Below, in pieces: positions 24,614-39,004 of a stretch of DNA of 64,000 nt; positions within the stretch are counted from its first letter, which is position 1; every line of letters starts with the position of its first letter. The notes below the pieces were generated by a model, which was not told the origin of the DNA, searched no databases, and saw only the letters and a list, made by a program, of their open reading frames with translations. The stretch is from Octopus sinensis (Eukaryota), in contig NW_021833025.1 of the NCBI RefSeq assembly GCF_006345805.1, forward strand, positions 1 to 64,000, given 5' to 3'. The position numbers and the translations under genes are program-made.

Positions 24614-25775
24614 ATGGTGTCGAAGTTAAGTTCTAAAAATAACAAAAAAAATACAAAAACGGAAAGCATATTAAAATTCATTAAAAATGATAAACCAAAG
24701 CCTCTTAACATTCGAGATATTCTACAGAAATATCCAAAAATGGCTTCAACTAAAGTGCAAAGATTCATCGGCGGACATGTTTCCTGCTCACGTAAATGGA
24801 AAATTAATTTTTTAGCATCCTTTAAGTCCTCCGTTATTGAAGCCTTGAGCATTGGTGCAAATTGTTTTGCCTTATACCTTAAATCAAGCAGGCAGTGGTC
24901 CTCTAAAATCGTTTCAGACAAGGATGCTGCTGACTTTAAATTGATATGCAAAGTAAAACCTTAATTATACTAATTATTCCTTGATGATTCTTATTCTTTA
25001 GGAAAAAAGTATTTTACTTGACAAGATTGTCCCTCATGGGTCACTTTTACTAAACTGTGGTTCTCCTAAACCCGATGTCTTGGATAAAAGTCGTTCAAGT
25101 CTTATTGAAGAGCTTAAAATTTGTCAAAAACTTGGAATTAGTCTCTACAATTTTCACCCCGGTAATTTCCCTTTTAGAAACCACATAGGATCAACTCTTA
25201 ACAAAATCAGTCGAGCAGAATGCATTGCAAAGATCGCGATGTGTGTAAACGAGGCAATCGAAGCCGTAAATGGTGTAGTCATTCTCTTGGAAAATTCTGC
25301 TGGCCAAGGAGGAAGTGTCGGACACACGTTTGAAGAGTTAAGACAAATTATTGATCAAATCAAAGACAAGTCTCGAATTGGGATTTGCTTTGATACTTGT
25401 CATGCTTTTGCTGCTGGTTAGTTTTGACATATTTGAGGTCGAAGGTTATGATATTTCTACGGAATCAGGCTATCATTTGACAATGGAGGAATTTGACAAA
25501 GTTATTGGATTAGATTTCCTCAAGGCCTTTCATATTAACGATTCTAAAGGTATGTTTTGAAATTTCTACTTGAAGGTGATCTCGGATCAAGAATAGACCG
25601 ACATGAGACCATTGGGAAAGGAAAGATTGGAATTCATGCATTTGAATTACTTTTAAATGATGGTAGGTTTGAGGATATTCCAATGGTTCTTGAGACGCCA
25701 TTAAAAAATGGGGAATTTAGTGATTATTCTCATGAGATTAAAATTTTAAAGTCTCTTATTATTCGTGATAACTGA
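24614..25775 (+). CDS. APN1: AP endonuclease, endonuclease IV/Apn1 family
   Basis: IGGHVS, IGANCFALYLKS, PHGS, NFHPG, LLENSAGQG, ICFDTCHAFAAG, FHINDSK and DRHETIGKG zinc-binding motifs, split by 24-49 nt introns. Confidence 0.9.
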
Positions 25776-26249
25776 TTTTTATTTTTTTTGGAATTATTAA
25801 CTAAATTTACTGATTAGTTTTAAAATTAGCGGACCGCGGGGCAAATTTGGCCCCAACAAATTTTTCTATCAAACACGACTCGCGGGTAATTTTAGTAAAG
25901 TATTTATACATACAATTAAATTGAAAATTGCTAAATAAATTTTGGAAAACAATTTATCTAAGAGGAAACTAGTCACAAAGTACAAGGTGATCCGTGTTTT
26001 GGCTATAAACAAGGAAAAAAAGACTCACTGTTCTTCTATTCCGCGTTTTCTAAAAATGCATAGATGGCTGGAAAGACTTTTATGAGTTGAGGCTAATAAA
26101 TGAATTTTTTGCAAAAACAAACGAAAAATATTATTGTTCTTGACAATGCGGGATGCCATAAAACTCTTGAATGTTTAATATTGAATTTTTTTAATTAAAA
26201 AACAAACTTATGTAAAACAAAAAGAACATGAAAGAAATGCTTGCTAATT

Positions 26250-26470
26250 TAAATTAGTCGCTGAGCGTATGGACAGCCAATTCCTACGCAATATCACGAA
26301 CGAAGCTTATGGACAGCCAATTCATTGAAAAAGCCAGCTCGTTTCACGACCGTTATGACTCCTCCTAGAGATGGCTGAACTTCTCTCTGAGAGTAGTTTG
26401 AGAGGCTTTGGGTTCAATTACCTCACTGGTTTCGAAAGCCAGAGGGATGAAGCAGCAGGTATCGTCCCAT
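26250..26470 (-). mobile_element. CRE 3' remnant
   Basis: GRETSWLF..ILRRNWLSIRSA. Contains an internal 16-bp direct repeat TATGGACAGCCAATTC. Confidence 0.6.
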
Positions 26471-27119
26471 TATGCTCGATTGTTATTTCTTTAAATTGGC
26501 CAGTATTTGGTTGTTCTAGGCAGAGAACGAACAACAATAAAAAAATGCCTTCACCATAAAATATGTTGTTTAATAGTTTAACCTCGTTTATATCGATCGC
26601 GATTTTGATATGAAAATAACAAAATTTAATAGTAGTGAACAAAATGAAACCCTTGTAAAACTAAAAATAAAAGTTGTATTTGTTTGAGATCTCCTTTTTG
26701 TCAGGAATAATTCTAGTCAATGACACTATTTTATTATTCTTTGGATTGAAATTTTTTAACTTTAGACTGATATTAGCATTGACCATATCTGGACTTTTCT
26801 GCGCCAATTTGTACACACAAGACTTTTCCTGATAAATTTTTGATTGAGGCTAGTTCTAAGAATGTGGAGTATTGAAAAGATATAAATATAAATAATAACA
26901 AAGAATTATGGGAATAAGTTGAAATCATATTGCGATAAAAAATCACCTTTTAAACAGAGTCTTAGTAATTTATAACTCCGGAATGGGTAGGACATATACT
27001 ATTATTTTAAGTGAAGAGTTAATTTTTAATTAATTGTAGGTAGGGCCGAAGAATTGTCTTCAATATTTTTTTTTCTTGTGTGCTATGTCCAAGACGCTCT
27101 AGTTCTGCTGTGAGTCTTC

Positions 27120-27272
27120 ACTGATGACGCCGTCACTCGTCAAGCCTTTTAGCATCGTAGATGCATGGAACCTTCCGCCAGATGGACAGTGGCCAAACTC
27201 AAACGCAAGACCTAGGTCACTAACGCTCAAGAACTAGCCACTGTACCACCAGATTGCGATAAATAAAAAAAT
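27120..27272 (+). mobile_element. Possible CR1/L2-type 3' stub
   Basis: SIVDAWNLPP resembles the RVVNAWNSLP C-terminal motif. Ends in an A-rich tail. Confidence 0.35.
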
Positions 27273-27329
27273 CTCAAAACAAATGGAATTAAAGAAACAA
27301 AGAAACTAAAATTCTTATTGAAGGTGATG

Positions 27330-29030
27330 AGATAGTATTGTCACTTCTGAGGCTACGTGAGTTGAGGCTAATAATCTCTTCCGATAATTAAACTTTTTAG
27401 AGTGTTCAGTATAAAATACGGGTATATTTGTTTCCGTACGATCCAGCCATCTTTTTCAAGTTTTTAGATTTTCAGAAAGGATCTGTTATATGTGTTTGGA
27501 GCTTAATAATCTCCAGTTTCTTGTTGGTTATTGAAACCGGAATTAGTAACTAATATTATTTGAATCACGAAAATACAAAATAAGATATTTTTTACAACTT
27601 CTATTTATTAATTAAAAAATTAGGCATTCATTACTCTAATTTTAAAAGTTTCCTAAGATGAATTATTCGGTTTGTATGAGCGTAAAATGTAGCCAATGTT
27701 TCGTTTACAGCCTAATGATAATATTAAAGTGAAAGCCTCAGAATGTCTTTTGTAATTATCTTGATTGCGATTAACTTCTTTCTGTTGTTTCAGAGCTTCA
27801 AAAATTTGTTTATTTTTTTCATTTTTTTTCTACAGTAAAAATAGAAAAAAACTTTAGCCTTCTGTTTTTGATCACATCTGAATATCCATTTTTTAAATAA
27901 TTTAGTAAGCTGATGTTGACGAACAATAGAATATGTTTTTTTCTGTTAAAAATTAAACATAAAGAATACCAATCGGATATAGTGGATAAGAGATCTTTTA
28001 ATAATTTTTGACGCTCTTTTCTGACGGAAAACCTCAATTGAACACTTTTAAAAATATTATTTAAAAAAACTCTTTGTTTTTTAGCACTTGCAAATTCACG
28101 GAAGTATTTCTGAATTTTCATTGCTGCGTAATTTTCACGTCTATTTTGAAATTCTTTCTATATTAAAAATATAGTGAGCTAAGTTACATAGCTAATGAAA
28201 TTTGACTTTTGTTCGTTTGGTAACTCAATTTCTGTGTTTTCACTTAATTTAATAATTTAAAAGTATTTAGTTTTATATAATTTTAAATACCTGCTTATGG
28301 AAGTTTCACTTTTGCTTCTATTTTCAATATTACTCCTAATTTGATTTAACTATAACAGTTTACCTCTTTAAATAAATCTCTTTAGGTTTCAAATTTAAAA
28401 GACTTTCTAAGAAATTGTAAAGAGAACGTATTTGTTTGAGTAGAACAATTTCTCTTTTTTGAAGGATTATGATTTTGCCTTGTTCACATCCATACAAACG
28501 TATAGGGCGGCCTTTTTTTACAAAATGCATTGTTACAGTATTTCTTTTGATTAATATTTCGAATTATTTTTAAGGCATTCTCCTAATGATTTTGCGTTTA
28601 AATTAAAAAATAAAAACAAATTTATCTAATAATAAATACTTTGAGATTTAATTTAATTTGATTTTCATATTCAAGCTTTTCTATCAGAATTAGTAAAAAA
28701 AATTGTAAAAACACCAATTTTTTCTTCTAAATGTTTTACTTTCTTATTACTTAACGTAAGTTCATTTTGTGCACAAATTTTTGATTTTTCAGATTCATTT
28801 TTGTTTTGTTTCAAGTTTTTAAATTCAATTTGAATGTTGGCAAGTTGATTCAATAACAGATTTTCTGCTGATGTAGAGCTATACAATTATTTTATTGCAA
28901 TAAACCTTGTTTTTTTATCGAACTGTGTAGCAATACTAACCACTTCTTTCAATCTTTCACATTCATTGTAATAAATGTCAATTTGCAACAACAATTCCTT
29001 TATGATGGTACTTTTTGTATCTGAATCCAT
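27330..29030 (-). CDS. Multi-exon coiled-coil protein, unknown; 3' end approximate
   Basis: ATG at 29030 (MDSDTKSTIIKELLLQIDIYYNECERLKEVV), a 27-nt intron, then E/K/Q/L-rich heptad exons. Confidence 0.4.
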
Positions 29031-31243
29031 ATCTCTAGTTTTATTAGAATTTTATTGAATAGTACATATCATTAATATTTAACATAGTTCTACTTTTATG
29101 AAATATTGCGCATATAATATTTTTAAGTGAACGTCGATAATTTAAAGAACATAATACGTCAATACATTATAAATTTAATAAGATCATGAACGAAATATTC
29201 AATTTTTCAGAATCAATATTTTTTCAAAACGTTAAATTTTATAAAATTTATTATTACGCTATAAAAATAAAAATTACAAATTTTAAGTTCATTTTAATTA
29301 GCTTCAAGAATCCTCAGCATGAGTCTTTTAAAACATAAATCTCATTGCACTTTTAAACAATTTTTCTGAAATTTTTGAATTGCCTAGATTTACAACTTTT
29401 TTAGTATGAAAACATCTCATTTGAGGCACTGCAGACTTTTTTTCACTCTGAAGGGTCACATATAAATCGTACTTATTTAAATAATTAATTCGTTTATTTA
29501 TAGGGTTTTTCGAGCTTGGTCTATTTTATCTCATTGCACATGGAATGACATGTTTTTTTACTGGTGCAGCCCTTGTTTGTTTTTGAAAAAGCCATACTTC
29601 CTTCTTTTTTCCACTTCCACGACTTGCAATCGATCTAGATCTGTGATGCCTACCCCAACGGCAAAATTCTCCCCGATGATTTTATCGTAGACTACAATAT
29701 CGGGTTTGTTGTGCTGGACAAAAATCAAGGTACGTTATGTAGTATTCACCTTAATAGACACCCATTGTTGCAGAGTAAATGATAAAAGGACATTACCATC
29801 TCGTTATGTCTCCATGTGGAATTACGGAAAAGCATACTCCTGCATTTTTGCCTAAATGGTTAACGTTCATCACTTTACTTTTACAGTAGTTACGCTGTTT
29901 TCGTTAACTATTAAAAACGTTTCTATTTTAAAATATGAGAATAGCTTTTCTGATCGGGAGAGTTATTCCCATATGCCAACAAGAATGACAACAGTATGTC
30001 AATATTCGGCTTATCTGAGATGCGAGATATGCATAACGCACTATAAAAAATGTCGTACATCTTATTGAGTAGATCAAGCCAACGTAGTCGTAGAGTTGCG
30101 TACTCATTCAAGGCCTGCTCTCCAGCTCCTTGGCAATTCCTTAGATACCTAACTGGTTAAAAAAATTGTTCTGATTCCCAAAAAATATTTGGGACAAGTT
30201 ACATTCTCGACATTTGAAGCTTTTCTTGGAAAACAGCATTCGTAATATTAGCGACTTACTGAAGTGAAAAGAACAACTAACTCTGAGTTTCTATACAAAA
30301 GTATAAGATAATAATGCAAAAGTGGACGATTAGGCCAAATAAAAGAAATGATTAATTGTTAATTAGCTATCATTCAAGCAAGGATGAGCAAAGAAGGAAA
30401 TGTATATTTTAAACTCGGAAAATTTTTCATTTATTCAAAATATTCCATATTATTGAGATATTAAATTTATTCAAATTTTAAATCATTAAAAAATGAATTC
30501 ATAAACAATACCAAACAACAGCAATAACAAGGCTAATCACCAAACTTTAAAATTCAGTAGTGTAAATCTTAATTGTAAAAAGAACTCATTGATCGGTTTA
30601 TCATCAATTCTGTTTTGGTAAAGACTTTATTCCTCGTCAAAAATTGGAGTTCTCGTTTTGAAAAAGAGGAACGATCTACGGGAAACCTCTTAACTTTACC
30701 AGATCTCTTTATTGAAAATAATTTTTTTAATTAAAAACAAGAAATGGTACGATAAAATGATAAATCATTGTTAAAGTATATGCAAGTAAAAAGGAAGGAA
30801 ACTGAAAGTAAAATAAAAATTTTAAAAATCAACATTATACTTTAAATGTCGCCCAAAAAGAAGATACTCTTGGAACAGAGAAGTAATCTAATGCGTAGTC
30901 AATGACTTTTAATTAATTCATATATATGTTCTGTATTTAAATATTTATGAATTGGAATGATTTTTAATAGTTTTATTTATTTTAATTTTTTTGACAGGAT
31001 GGAAATTGACATAAATAGGATTTCTGATAGTGTTGATGGCCTTATTCCTAATTAAGAAAATTTAAATCTAAATTATTCATGTAATGTATATCCGTAATTT
31101 GCGTAAAACAGAATAAATATATAGGGAAAATCGCTTAAGAGTTAAAGATTAACATGTAGATTATAGCTTACTTATCATTATTATTTTATGTTACTAAATG
31201 TAACATCTTTTTCAAATATTTATGCTTTATATTAATAGAAAAC

Positions 31244-32319
31244 ATGTCCGTGGGCGTTTCTACCAAGAGCGATATTAAAGTTAATTTGAAACAAAATCAG
31301 AGCATTCAATCTGAAAATTCTTTGTCACCTGACAGCGAAAAGTTTCCTTATGCTGAATATTCAAATTCTGTCTTTAATTTTCATTCTTTCTACAGCTTTT
31401 TTCAGCCAACACCTTTTCTTGGATATTATGAGTTCCCTCAGTTTTATTCTATTCCGCAAGTGGGATTTTCTGATATTCAAGGACAATACGAATTTTATAG
31501 GACGTGCTGGAAAAGTCAAGCTAAGTATTTTCTATAACAATAATACTTGAGTAGCACATCGTACATTTGGCAGAATTTATTTCAAAAGTTTTTTTCGCAA
31601 TATCTGATACATCAAAACAGCATATGGGCCTTAATTCCTGTTACAGAACATCCTATCGGAAATATTAAGTCATTTACTGATAGTGCCAAAGTACGATTTT
31701 GTTGCAAAGTAGGCTTTTAATCCTCTTATAAATTATAGTCGTGCAACCATGGCTGGACATCAATGAAGGGCAGAGTTTGTTTCTGGTTTTACTTGGAGAG
31801 AGAAAACTTTGCTGGCGTAGTCTACTTCAAATTATATGGCCAGCAATGCATCAAATGTGTTAAAGGGGCTTTTCAGAATCCAATGTGGTACCCGGAAGAA
31901 ATCATAAAAGTATTGACTATTCAAGCATTAATTACTTCTTTTAATTAATGTAACATATTTAGGTGTTAGGGAATATTTATAATCGAGTTGGACATGAATA
32001 TTATGGATTTCAGAGTGTTTCAATGAGAATCGATCGTCGTGTAGGAAAACCCAAAAATCCTCACAACCGTCTATTATGTCAAGCATGTCTTGATGGAATA
32101 TGTAAAGAATGGAATTCGAGAAATAATCATAAAGAATCTTCTAACACAAATGAAGATTCCGATAATTCTAAGGATATAGAAGAAAATGACAAGAAAGAAA
32201 ATAAAACCGAAGAAAGTTCTATAAATATTAAAAATGAAAATAATTCGACATTAGGTGAATCTGAAACTAACATTGAGAATAAAAAAGCAAGCAATACAAA
32301 CCTAATTAACATTCTTTAA
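31244..32319 (+). CDS. zf-3CxxC (RTP-like) domain protein
   Basis: After removing 30-, 30- and 53-nt introns: AKVRFCCKSCNHGWTSMKG..LYGQQCIKC..PMWYPEE..PHNRLLCQACLDGIC, followed by an acidic/Asn-rich tail. Confidence 0.85.
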
Positions 32320-32326
32320 TTATATT

Positions 32327-32468
32327 TTTTTTTATTTAACACGTTATTATTTCAAATCAAAAGAGAAATATTCATTGGCAGATAGCCAGAGTATTGCCTC
32401 TGACTATGGCTATAGATATTCTTTCGATTAAATACCGGTGCTCACACGGGTCGCCGATAACCCTTTCG
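32327..32468 (-). mobile_element. CRE 3' stub with A-tail
   Basis: Homologous to 8338-8584 (ISIAIVRGN). 8-bp TSD ATTATATT at 32319-32326 and 32469-32476. Confidence 0.85.
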
Positions 32469-33042
32469 ATTATATTAAACTTTCCTTCAACTAATTAATT
32501 TATTCCTTCATTTCTTTTTGCATGTTTTTTTAGAGCTACTCTCTATTCTCCAACATCTTCCCCCTCTTCAACTGTTACTTGAGTTGATATTCTTCCTACC
32601 AACTTCTTGAGTTCAAATTATTGTCTTATAGTATTTTTTTAAAATCGTCATTTTCCGGTCGTAAAATCACTGACCACAATCTGTTAGCAGCCATCCTTGT
32701 CAGTCGATTTATTTCTGTATTTAACTCGCATGCTTTTCAGAGTTTTTCTTATCACAGTACTCAGAATACATGCCTTAATTGTCTACCTTGAGATAATTTT
32801 GATGATGTTAGTAAAACTTGCTGGCAATATCGTTCCAAGTTAACATTAAACGCACTATACCCACCTCGGCATTGTGTATCATTGCTAGTTCATCAGCAAG
32901 AAGTTGTATCTGTGGGTCCTCTCTATTTCCATTTGTTTCAGTAATTACTGAGAAGTTATCGATACCATGGTTTTTCTCTCCAACTTATCCAATAAAGATA
33001 TATTTGGCTTATTGTACTGTTTGATTTTGTAAAAAAAGATTT

Positions 33043-36000
33043 TTGTGGTGCATGTCGCTGGAACGAAATTCTCTATCAATTTGTGGAAATATGGACTGCT
33101 CTACCGAAATATCAGATCATAACCCTTTACAAACGGTTGAGGACTCGGTCGACACAGTTGGTGGAGCGATGCGTCATGTAAGCCAGAGGATCCATTCTTT
33201 TCGAGGTCTTCTCTCTTCTATCAAGAAGAGTGATCAATCACAATGGGCGCATGCAGTTCTGGAGTCAGTGAAGAGTCGGTTCAAACGTGTTCCGAGAGGC
33301 GGATGGTCTATTATTCTTGATGAGTTTGCTTCCAAGTTCCGTGAAAGAGCCTCCATTACTGCTTTTAAAAAATTGGCATATTTGGGCACAAAAGTTTCCG
33401 AAAAAAGAGTCTCTTCTAGTCAGCAGTCCCATTCGGACGGGCAAACAACCTCGCCATTTGTTGAGCCTTCCCTGGTTAAACGATACAAGGAGGAATTTGT
33501 CAATGCTTACCGTTGCGTGAAAGAGTTGGACCAGACTGAGAGAAGGCCAACGAAGAAGATCTCACACTCATACGTGGATGAATGCATTATGTCTGGATTG
33601 AAAAAAGTAGTTGCTGAGTTTACAGCGACTAATTCCCCGACCTGTATTGACGAAATCTCGGATATAATATATTCAGCCCAAGTGGCTTATGAGAAGTTGA
33701 CTATGAGGAACCCTGCTAAGAAAGACCCAGTGGACTCTTTTGATCAGATTATTTGCGAACTGAAGGAAAAACTAGAACTTATTACAAAATTCTTTGGAAA
33801 AAAGCTGACCAAGGAGGAAAACCAAAGGCGGCAAATGCATTATCATCATTTGGGTACAGGAAAGTTCGGAATGAGCGAACTAGATTGGTGACCTTAATAA
33901 ATGACAGGATCAAGATTGTGGAAAAACGGAAGGAATTATTTAAGTCGAGGAGAAAGTTCCGTTGTGATAATATGAACTTTGAGCTAAACCGAAGAAGGTT
34001 CTACAGGAACCTTGAATCTGAAGAGCCAGTTACTACCCAAAATATTGATGAGGAAGAGTGTGCTGAATTTGGGAGAGTGTATGTAAACCTAAAAATGTCT
34101 TAAACGGTGATTATCCGCTTCTCCGAAGAATTACTGGAGTTGAGAATGATCCGATTAAGATTAATGAGGAGTTGTTAATGGATGTTATTAAATTTTTACC
34201 CAATTGGAAGGCAGCTGGGTGTGATGGAGTATTTAATTACTTCATCAAGAAGCTTGATTGTCTTCACAAATTTATTTATGCATAAATAATGAGGATTATT
34301 GGAAATAATTACTACCCTGGAGAGTGGTTCTATACTGGGGTAACCTATTTGGTTCCAAAGTGTAAGAATCCGACTTCTCCAAAGGAGTTGAGGCCTATAA
34401 CATGCATCCCGTCACTGTATAAGTTGATGACTAAATGTGTATATTTAAAAATGGCTGATTACGTGGAGGCATTTGATGTTATATCAGAAAACCAACTCGG
34501 TACGAGACGAAGTTGTCAGGGTGCAAAGGAACAAGCCCTGTTGAATAAAGCTGTATTTAACTCCATGGACCACAAGCTATATTCTTTATGGATTGATATC
34601 AGGAAGGCTTTTGATTCCGTGGATCATATGTTTTTGTTTAAAATTATGGACAACTCTGGAATCCCTAAGTGGATTGTTAAATTTGTCAAATCATTGGTGG
34701 GAAGACTGTGCATCTAAAGCTGAATACTCGTACCATTAGTAAAGTGAAATTGGGAAAAGGCATATTGCAAGGGGATAGTTTGTCTCCATTATTGTTTGTG
34801 TTGGTGATGGACCCCTTGAGTAGAGGTTTAACTCTCAAGTTTCCCACAATATCTGTCAAAACAAGTGAAGAAGCCTTAACGCAAAATTTTTCTACGAATC
34901 ATTTTATGTTCATCGATGATATTAAAATGTTCGCTGAAAGTGAAGACCTGTTAGTAAGAATGATGAGCTATACAAACGAGTTTTTGGAAGCCTCGGGAAT
35001 GGAGAAGAACTTCGAAAAGTCTGCAACAAATTCGATGGCATTGGGTGATGAAGCATGTGTATTGGATGGATTGCAAGGATATCGCTACCTTGGAATCATT
35101 AAAAACAAATCTAGTGAAATGAAGAGTAATGAAGTGATGGATGTCTTGAAAAGTGAAGCAATTGCAAGGATTAAGAAGCTTGCTAATACAAAGCTAAATT
35201 CTGGAAATTTCTTCAAATCAGTTAATGAATATGCACTATCGATTTATAATTATTATATTGGAGTCCTAAATGTTGAGCCGACCATGTTCGATCAAGTTGA
35301 TAAAAGTATACGGCAGCTCTTAACAAGCCTGCATATACACGCCAAGCCGGCGAATTTAGACAGATTGTATCTCCCAAGAATATTTTATGGGAGGGGGCTA
35401 CAATCAGTCAATTTCAAAAGTGAAAAGATTTTATTGAGGTTTTTGACCGACCTCAAACAGAAAAGCCTCACCTCCCCACGTAAAGCTGCAATTCTACAAG
35501 CAGAAAATTATGCTAAGACGCATATGTCAACAATTGTAGAGTATTTGCAGTCCAAGTATGGGGAAGAGTATTTTTCTGGAGTCCCATTGAAGCAGTGTCT
35601 TGGAAATCTAATAAACCTTCAGGAAACTTCTCTGATGACCAAGATTAAAGGAAAAAATTTACACTCTATCCTATTCAATTCACAAAACCTTCCAAATGTT
35701 GATCACAAGTCCTCATCTATATGGCTTGCAAATGGAAATAACTCACCGCGCAATGAAGGATTGGCATGTTTTCTTCAGGATCGGAATATTTTCTTTTCCA
35801 CCGAGAAACTGGTCTCAAGGTGCCCTCATTGTAAAGCGGCGAAGAAAACAGTGGATCATCTGGCCACTAGATGTGAACGTATGCTGTATCTTGACTACAC
35901 GAGACGTCATAATGAAGTTGTGCGCTGTTTGCATCTCCATTTTTGTCGTCTTTATGGATTGAAGAATCAGAAAAGGTTGAAGACGCACTCGGTGCAGGAG

Positions 36001-36615
36001 GTTATATCGAATGAAAGAGTTGAGATACGGGTGGGCACTCGAATCGAGACTGATTCTACCGTTCGTTATAACAAACCTGATTTATTGATATATGATAAAA
36101 AAGAGAACGTAATTTGGATTGTGGAAGTGGGAGTTACTTCTCAAAATAATTTACAGCGAGTAGAATTTGAAAAGTTAAGAAAATATGATTTGCTCGCTAA
36201 TGAATTATCCCTGATTCACAAGGCCAAAGTGAATATAATTCCTGTTGTCCTTACATGGGATGGCATTGTGTCTAAATATTTTAAAAAATATTTGGACTCG
36301 ATCAGAGTGAGGGAACATCTGATTGCTTATATGCAATCAATTGTGCTTAAGCGTACGATGGAGAGCATTGTGCTGGACTTTCGGAGAGGTCTTACGCAAA
36401 TGGATTATGAAGCCCGGGTTGAGGAGGTATTCTTAAAATACGAGGAAGCTAACGGGATCGGTGACCGAGAGATCGCGGTGCGTCGACTTGTCGAGGATGC
36501 CTACCATGTTCCTTTTCTGGATGGATCGAAACGATTTAAAATTGACGGAAGTGTGGGCCCTGGGATGATAGATCGGGAAGATAGTGGAGCTCGTAGAGTG
36601 GATTCCGAAGGCTGA
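33043..36615 (+). mobile_element. R4/Dong-like RLE non-LTR retrotransposon, frameshifted in several places
   Basis: RPITCIPSLYK, IDIRKAFDSVDH, LQGDSLSPLLF, FIDD, CPHC..DHLATRC, RRHN and KPDLLI..IVEVGV..K..KYD motifs across four ORF pieces. Confidence 0.9.
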
Positions 36616-37029
36616 AGGGTCTTTTAATACTATTTTATTTGGAATTGTGTTATTTTAATAAAATACTGTTTGATTTTGTATTTATTAGGGTATCTACACT
36701 TACATTCTCATTAACCATCACCGATTGAACAGTAGCAGACTTTTCCATATTTTTATCAAACTTAGCCATTTTAAAGGAAGACTTGACCTCCCAGTTTCCT
36801 CTTTTCTGGAAAACAATTTTAAATAATCAATAAATAGTAAGTGGTTTGGTCCATACGCGGGTAAACCGCTTTTTATGTTATCCATTAACATTTTAGAATT
36901 TTTTTTTTAGTGCACTACTTAGAGGTCCATCACAAGTACGAAGATCTGCGGAGCAGAGATATTCTCTTCTGAATTTTGTTTTGTTTAAGTTTGGCTTAAC
37001 TTTGTTTAGATTTGTCAAAAAAGGAATGT

Positions 37030-38140
37030 AGATACTCATACTCGACTAAGTTAAAAACCTTCTTAACATATGTCCACGTAGAAAGTAGTTTGTGCCATTC
37101 TGCTGATGGATACACTTATTAAGGATTTCCTGCTTTTTGCCAGCATGGCACATATTTTTGGTTTCCAGTTGGTTCTCACAAAATTGTAGCATCAATAAAG
37201 TCGGAAAAATGACAAATACACACTTTGGACAAGCTTGCATAAGGTTGCCATACACGTAATGGGCACCAGTTCCTTATGCAATTCGTATGAATTTTCTTTT
37301 GGAACATCTGGAGTGTAATCTTGTCGAATTATTCTAACAATTAAGGTAAAATTCTTTAAAAAGAAGTTTTACATTCCATTACACTCACTTATTTTCAGTT
37401 AGGCAACTGCTTAATTATCTCGAGATTTTTACTTTGAACTTTTCATACGTCGTTCTTGCTTCTGCAAATCTCGTGTTTATTGTGACTAAAACTTCACTGC
37501 CCCTGTTTTGTTCAAACATTCGTTTATAACGAGAAACAATTCTTTGTTAAATCAAAAATCTACATCTTTATTCTCTTTTTTTAATCTCCGATAAAAGCAT
37601 CTCGGTTGAGCTTAAAACACTCTTTTGTTTTCTAAGCTTTTTCCTCGATTTGTGAATTCTGAGTTTTGTTCTAAAAATTTTTTCTATCCCGGATGCAACC
37701 AATACTTGTTCCATATTTTTCGTTCATGGAATTCAAGTACCGCGTTGTATCGTCTATCTTTTTTGCCAATTGATGTAATTAGCCAGAGTTGTCTTTTACT
37801 CTTAACAAGCTTGGCTTGCACCTGTCGGTCCAGTCACTTCTCATTCGAATGATGCGCAAGAGATTCTCGTAAATTTGGTAGATTTTTAGGAGGCCATGAT
37901 TTCATAAACTTCCAGATCGAGGAATTAATTCTCAATAAGATTTCCTTTTTCGGAAGTTGATACGAAATTCTTGCTGAGTTCGAAAAAAGGAAATAGAAGT
38001 GAGCAAACGGAATTCCTGGAAGCCGAGGTTGAAAGAAATAGCAGAGAAGGCCCAAGTCCACACAAGAGGGAATTCTGATCCTTCCGAAACGTGTAGGTAG
38101 CCTAGCACAGATAAAACCGTCCCCACTGAACCTCAAATTG
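37030..38140 (-). mobile_element. Degenerate R4-like remnant
   Basis: ELVPITCMATLCKLVQSVYL..CENQLETKNMCHAGKKQEILNK aligns with the RT start of the 33-36 kb element. Confidence 0.7.
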
Positions 38141-39004
38141 AGAGTATATTAAGGATTTGTGGACGAGATTGTCGTTTTTTGATAGAAAATTAGAAGTGAC
38201 GAATAAGGGGGAAGGAATAGAAATTTAGATCAGTCCGGGAACAAAAAGAAAGTTCTTTAATAGGAAAAACGCCAGATGTAGGCAAAGTCCACTGGTCCGG
38301 TCAGTAAGCAGCCTAATTGGGTCCCGCTTAGACGATAGGGGTTTGATTACATAAAGGGCGGAAATTGGCTAGTCAAAAATAACTAGATCGGTAATAAGTG
38401 TAAGACTTAACTCATCGATCAGGTGCAGAAAGAGGAGAATGTGTGAAAGAGAGCGGAATGGGCAACCAAAATATTGACAAATTCCCATTTGCCAGTGTTT
38501 TAAAAACAGAAGTGATTCTGTTAACGTCCTACATAACGACTTCTGTGGGTCTTTCAATCTTTATATCATCTAAGTACTAAAATTAACGCTAGAAAATAGT
38601 CGCGTGCAATATGGTCAACAAAGAAAGTCATGAGCCCAATGGGTTACCCTACTGAATACCGCATTCAAACATGATAATTTGATCATAAATCAAAAAACAG
38701 CTTGAAGAGGAATACGTCAATTCTCAAATTTGTAAGAACTCTAAACATCGTACATAAAATCGAGCAATTGGTCCCGTCGAAAAGAGTTGAAAGCATTGCT
38801 AACATACAGCTTAACGATAAACTTACAGTTTTTGGGGTTTTGAGTGGACAATTTGGCGATTGCTGTGCACAAGAATTCTTATCAATCTGCTCAAAATCTC
38901 CTAGCTTAATATCAATCAGTCTAATGTAATAGTTATAAAGGAAGATATATTCTTGTCAATTTGTTCAAACTTTTTTTTAATCAATTATTCAAAATATGAA
39001 AAGT

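Noticed and set aside
24261-24951. ORFs 24261-24476(+) and 24556-24951(-)
   Set aside because: The latter is the antisense shadow of APN1. The former has no motif; TADD on its opposite strand is too weak to call an RT.
29600-30250. Slightly GC-richer stretch as a LINE remnant
   Set aside because: No motif could be matched convincingly to any family.
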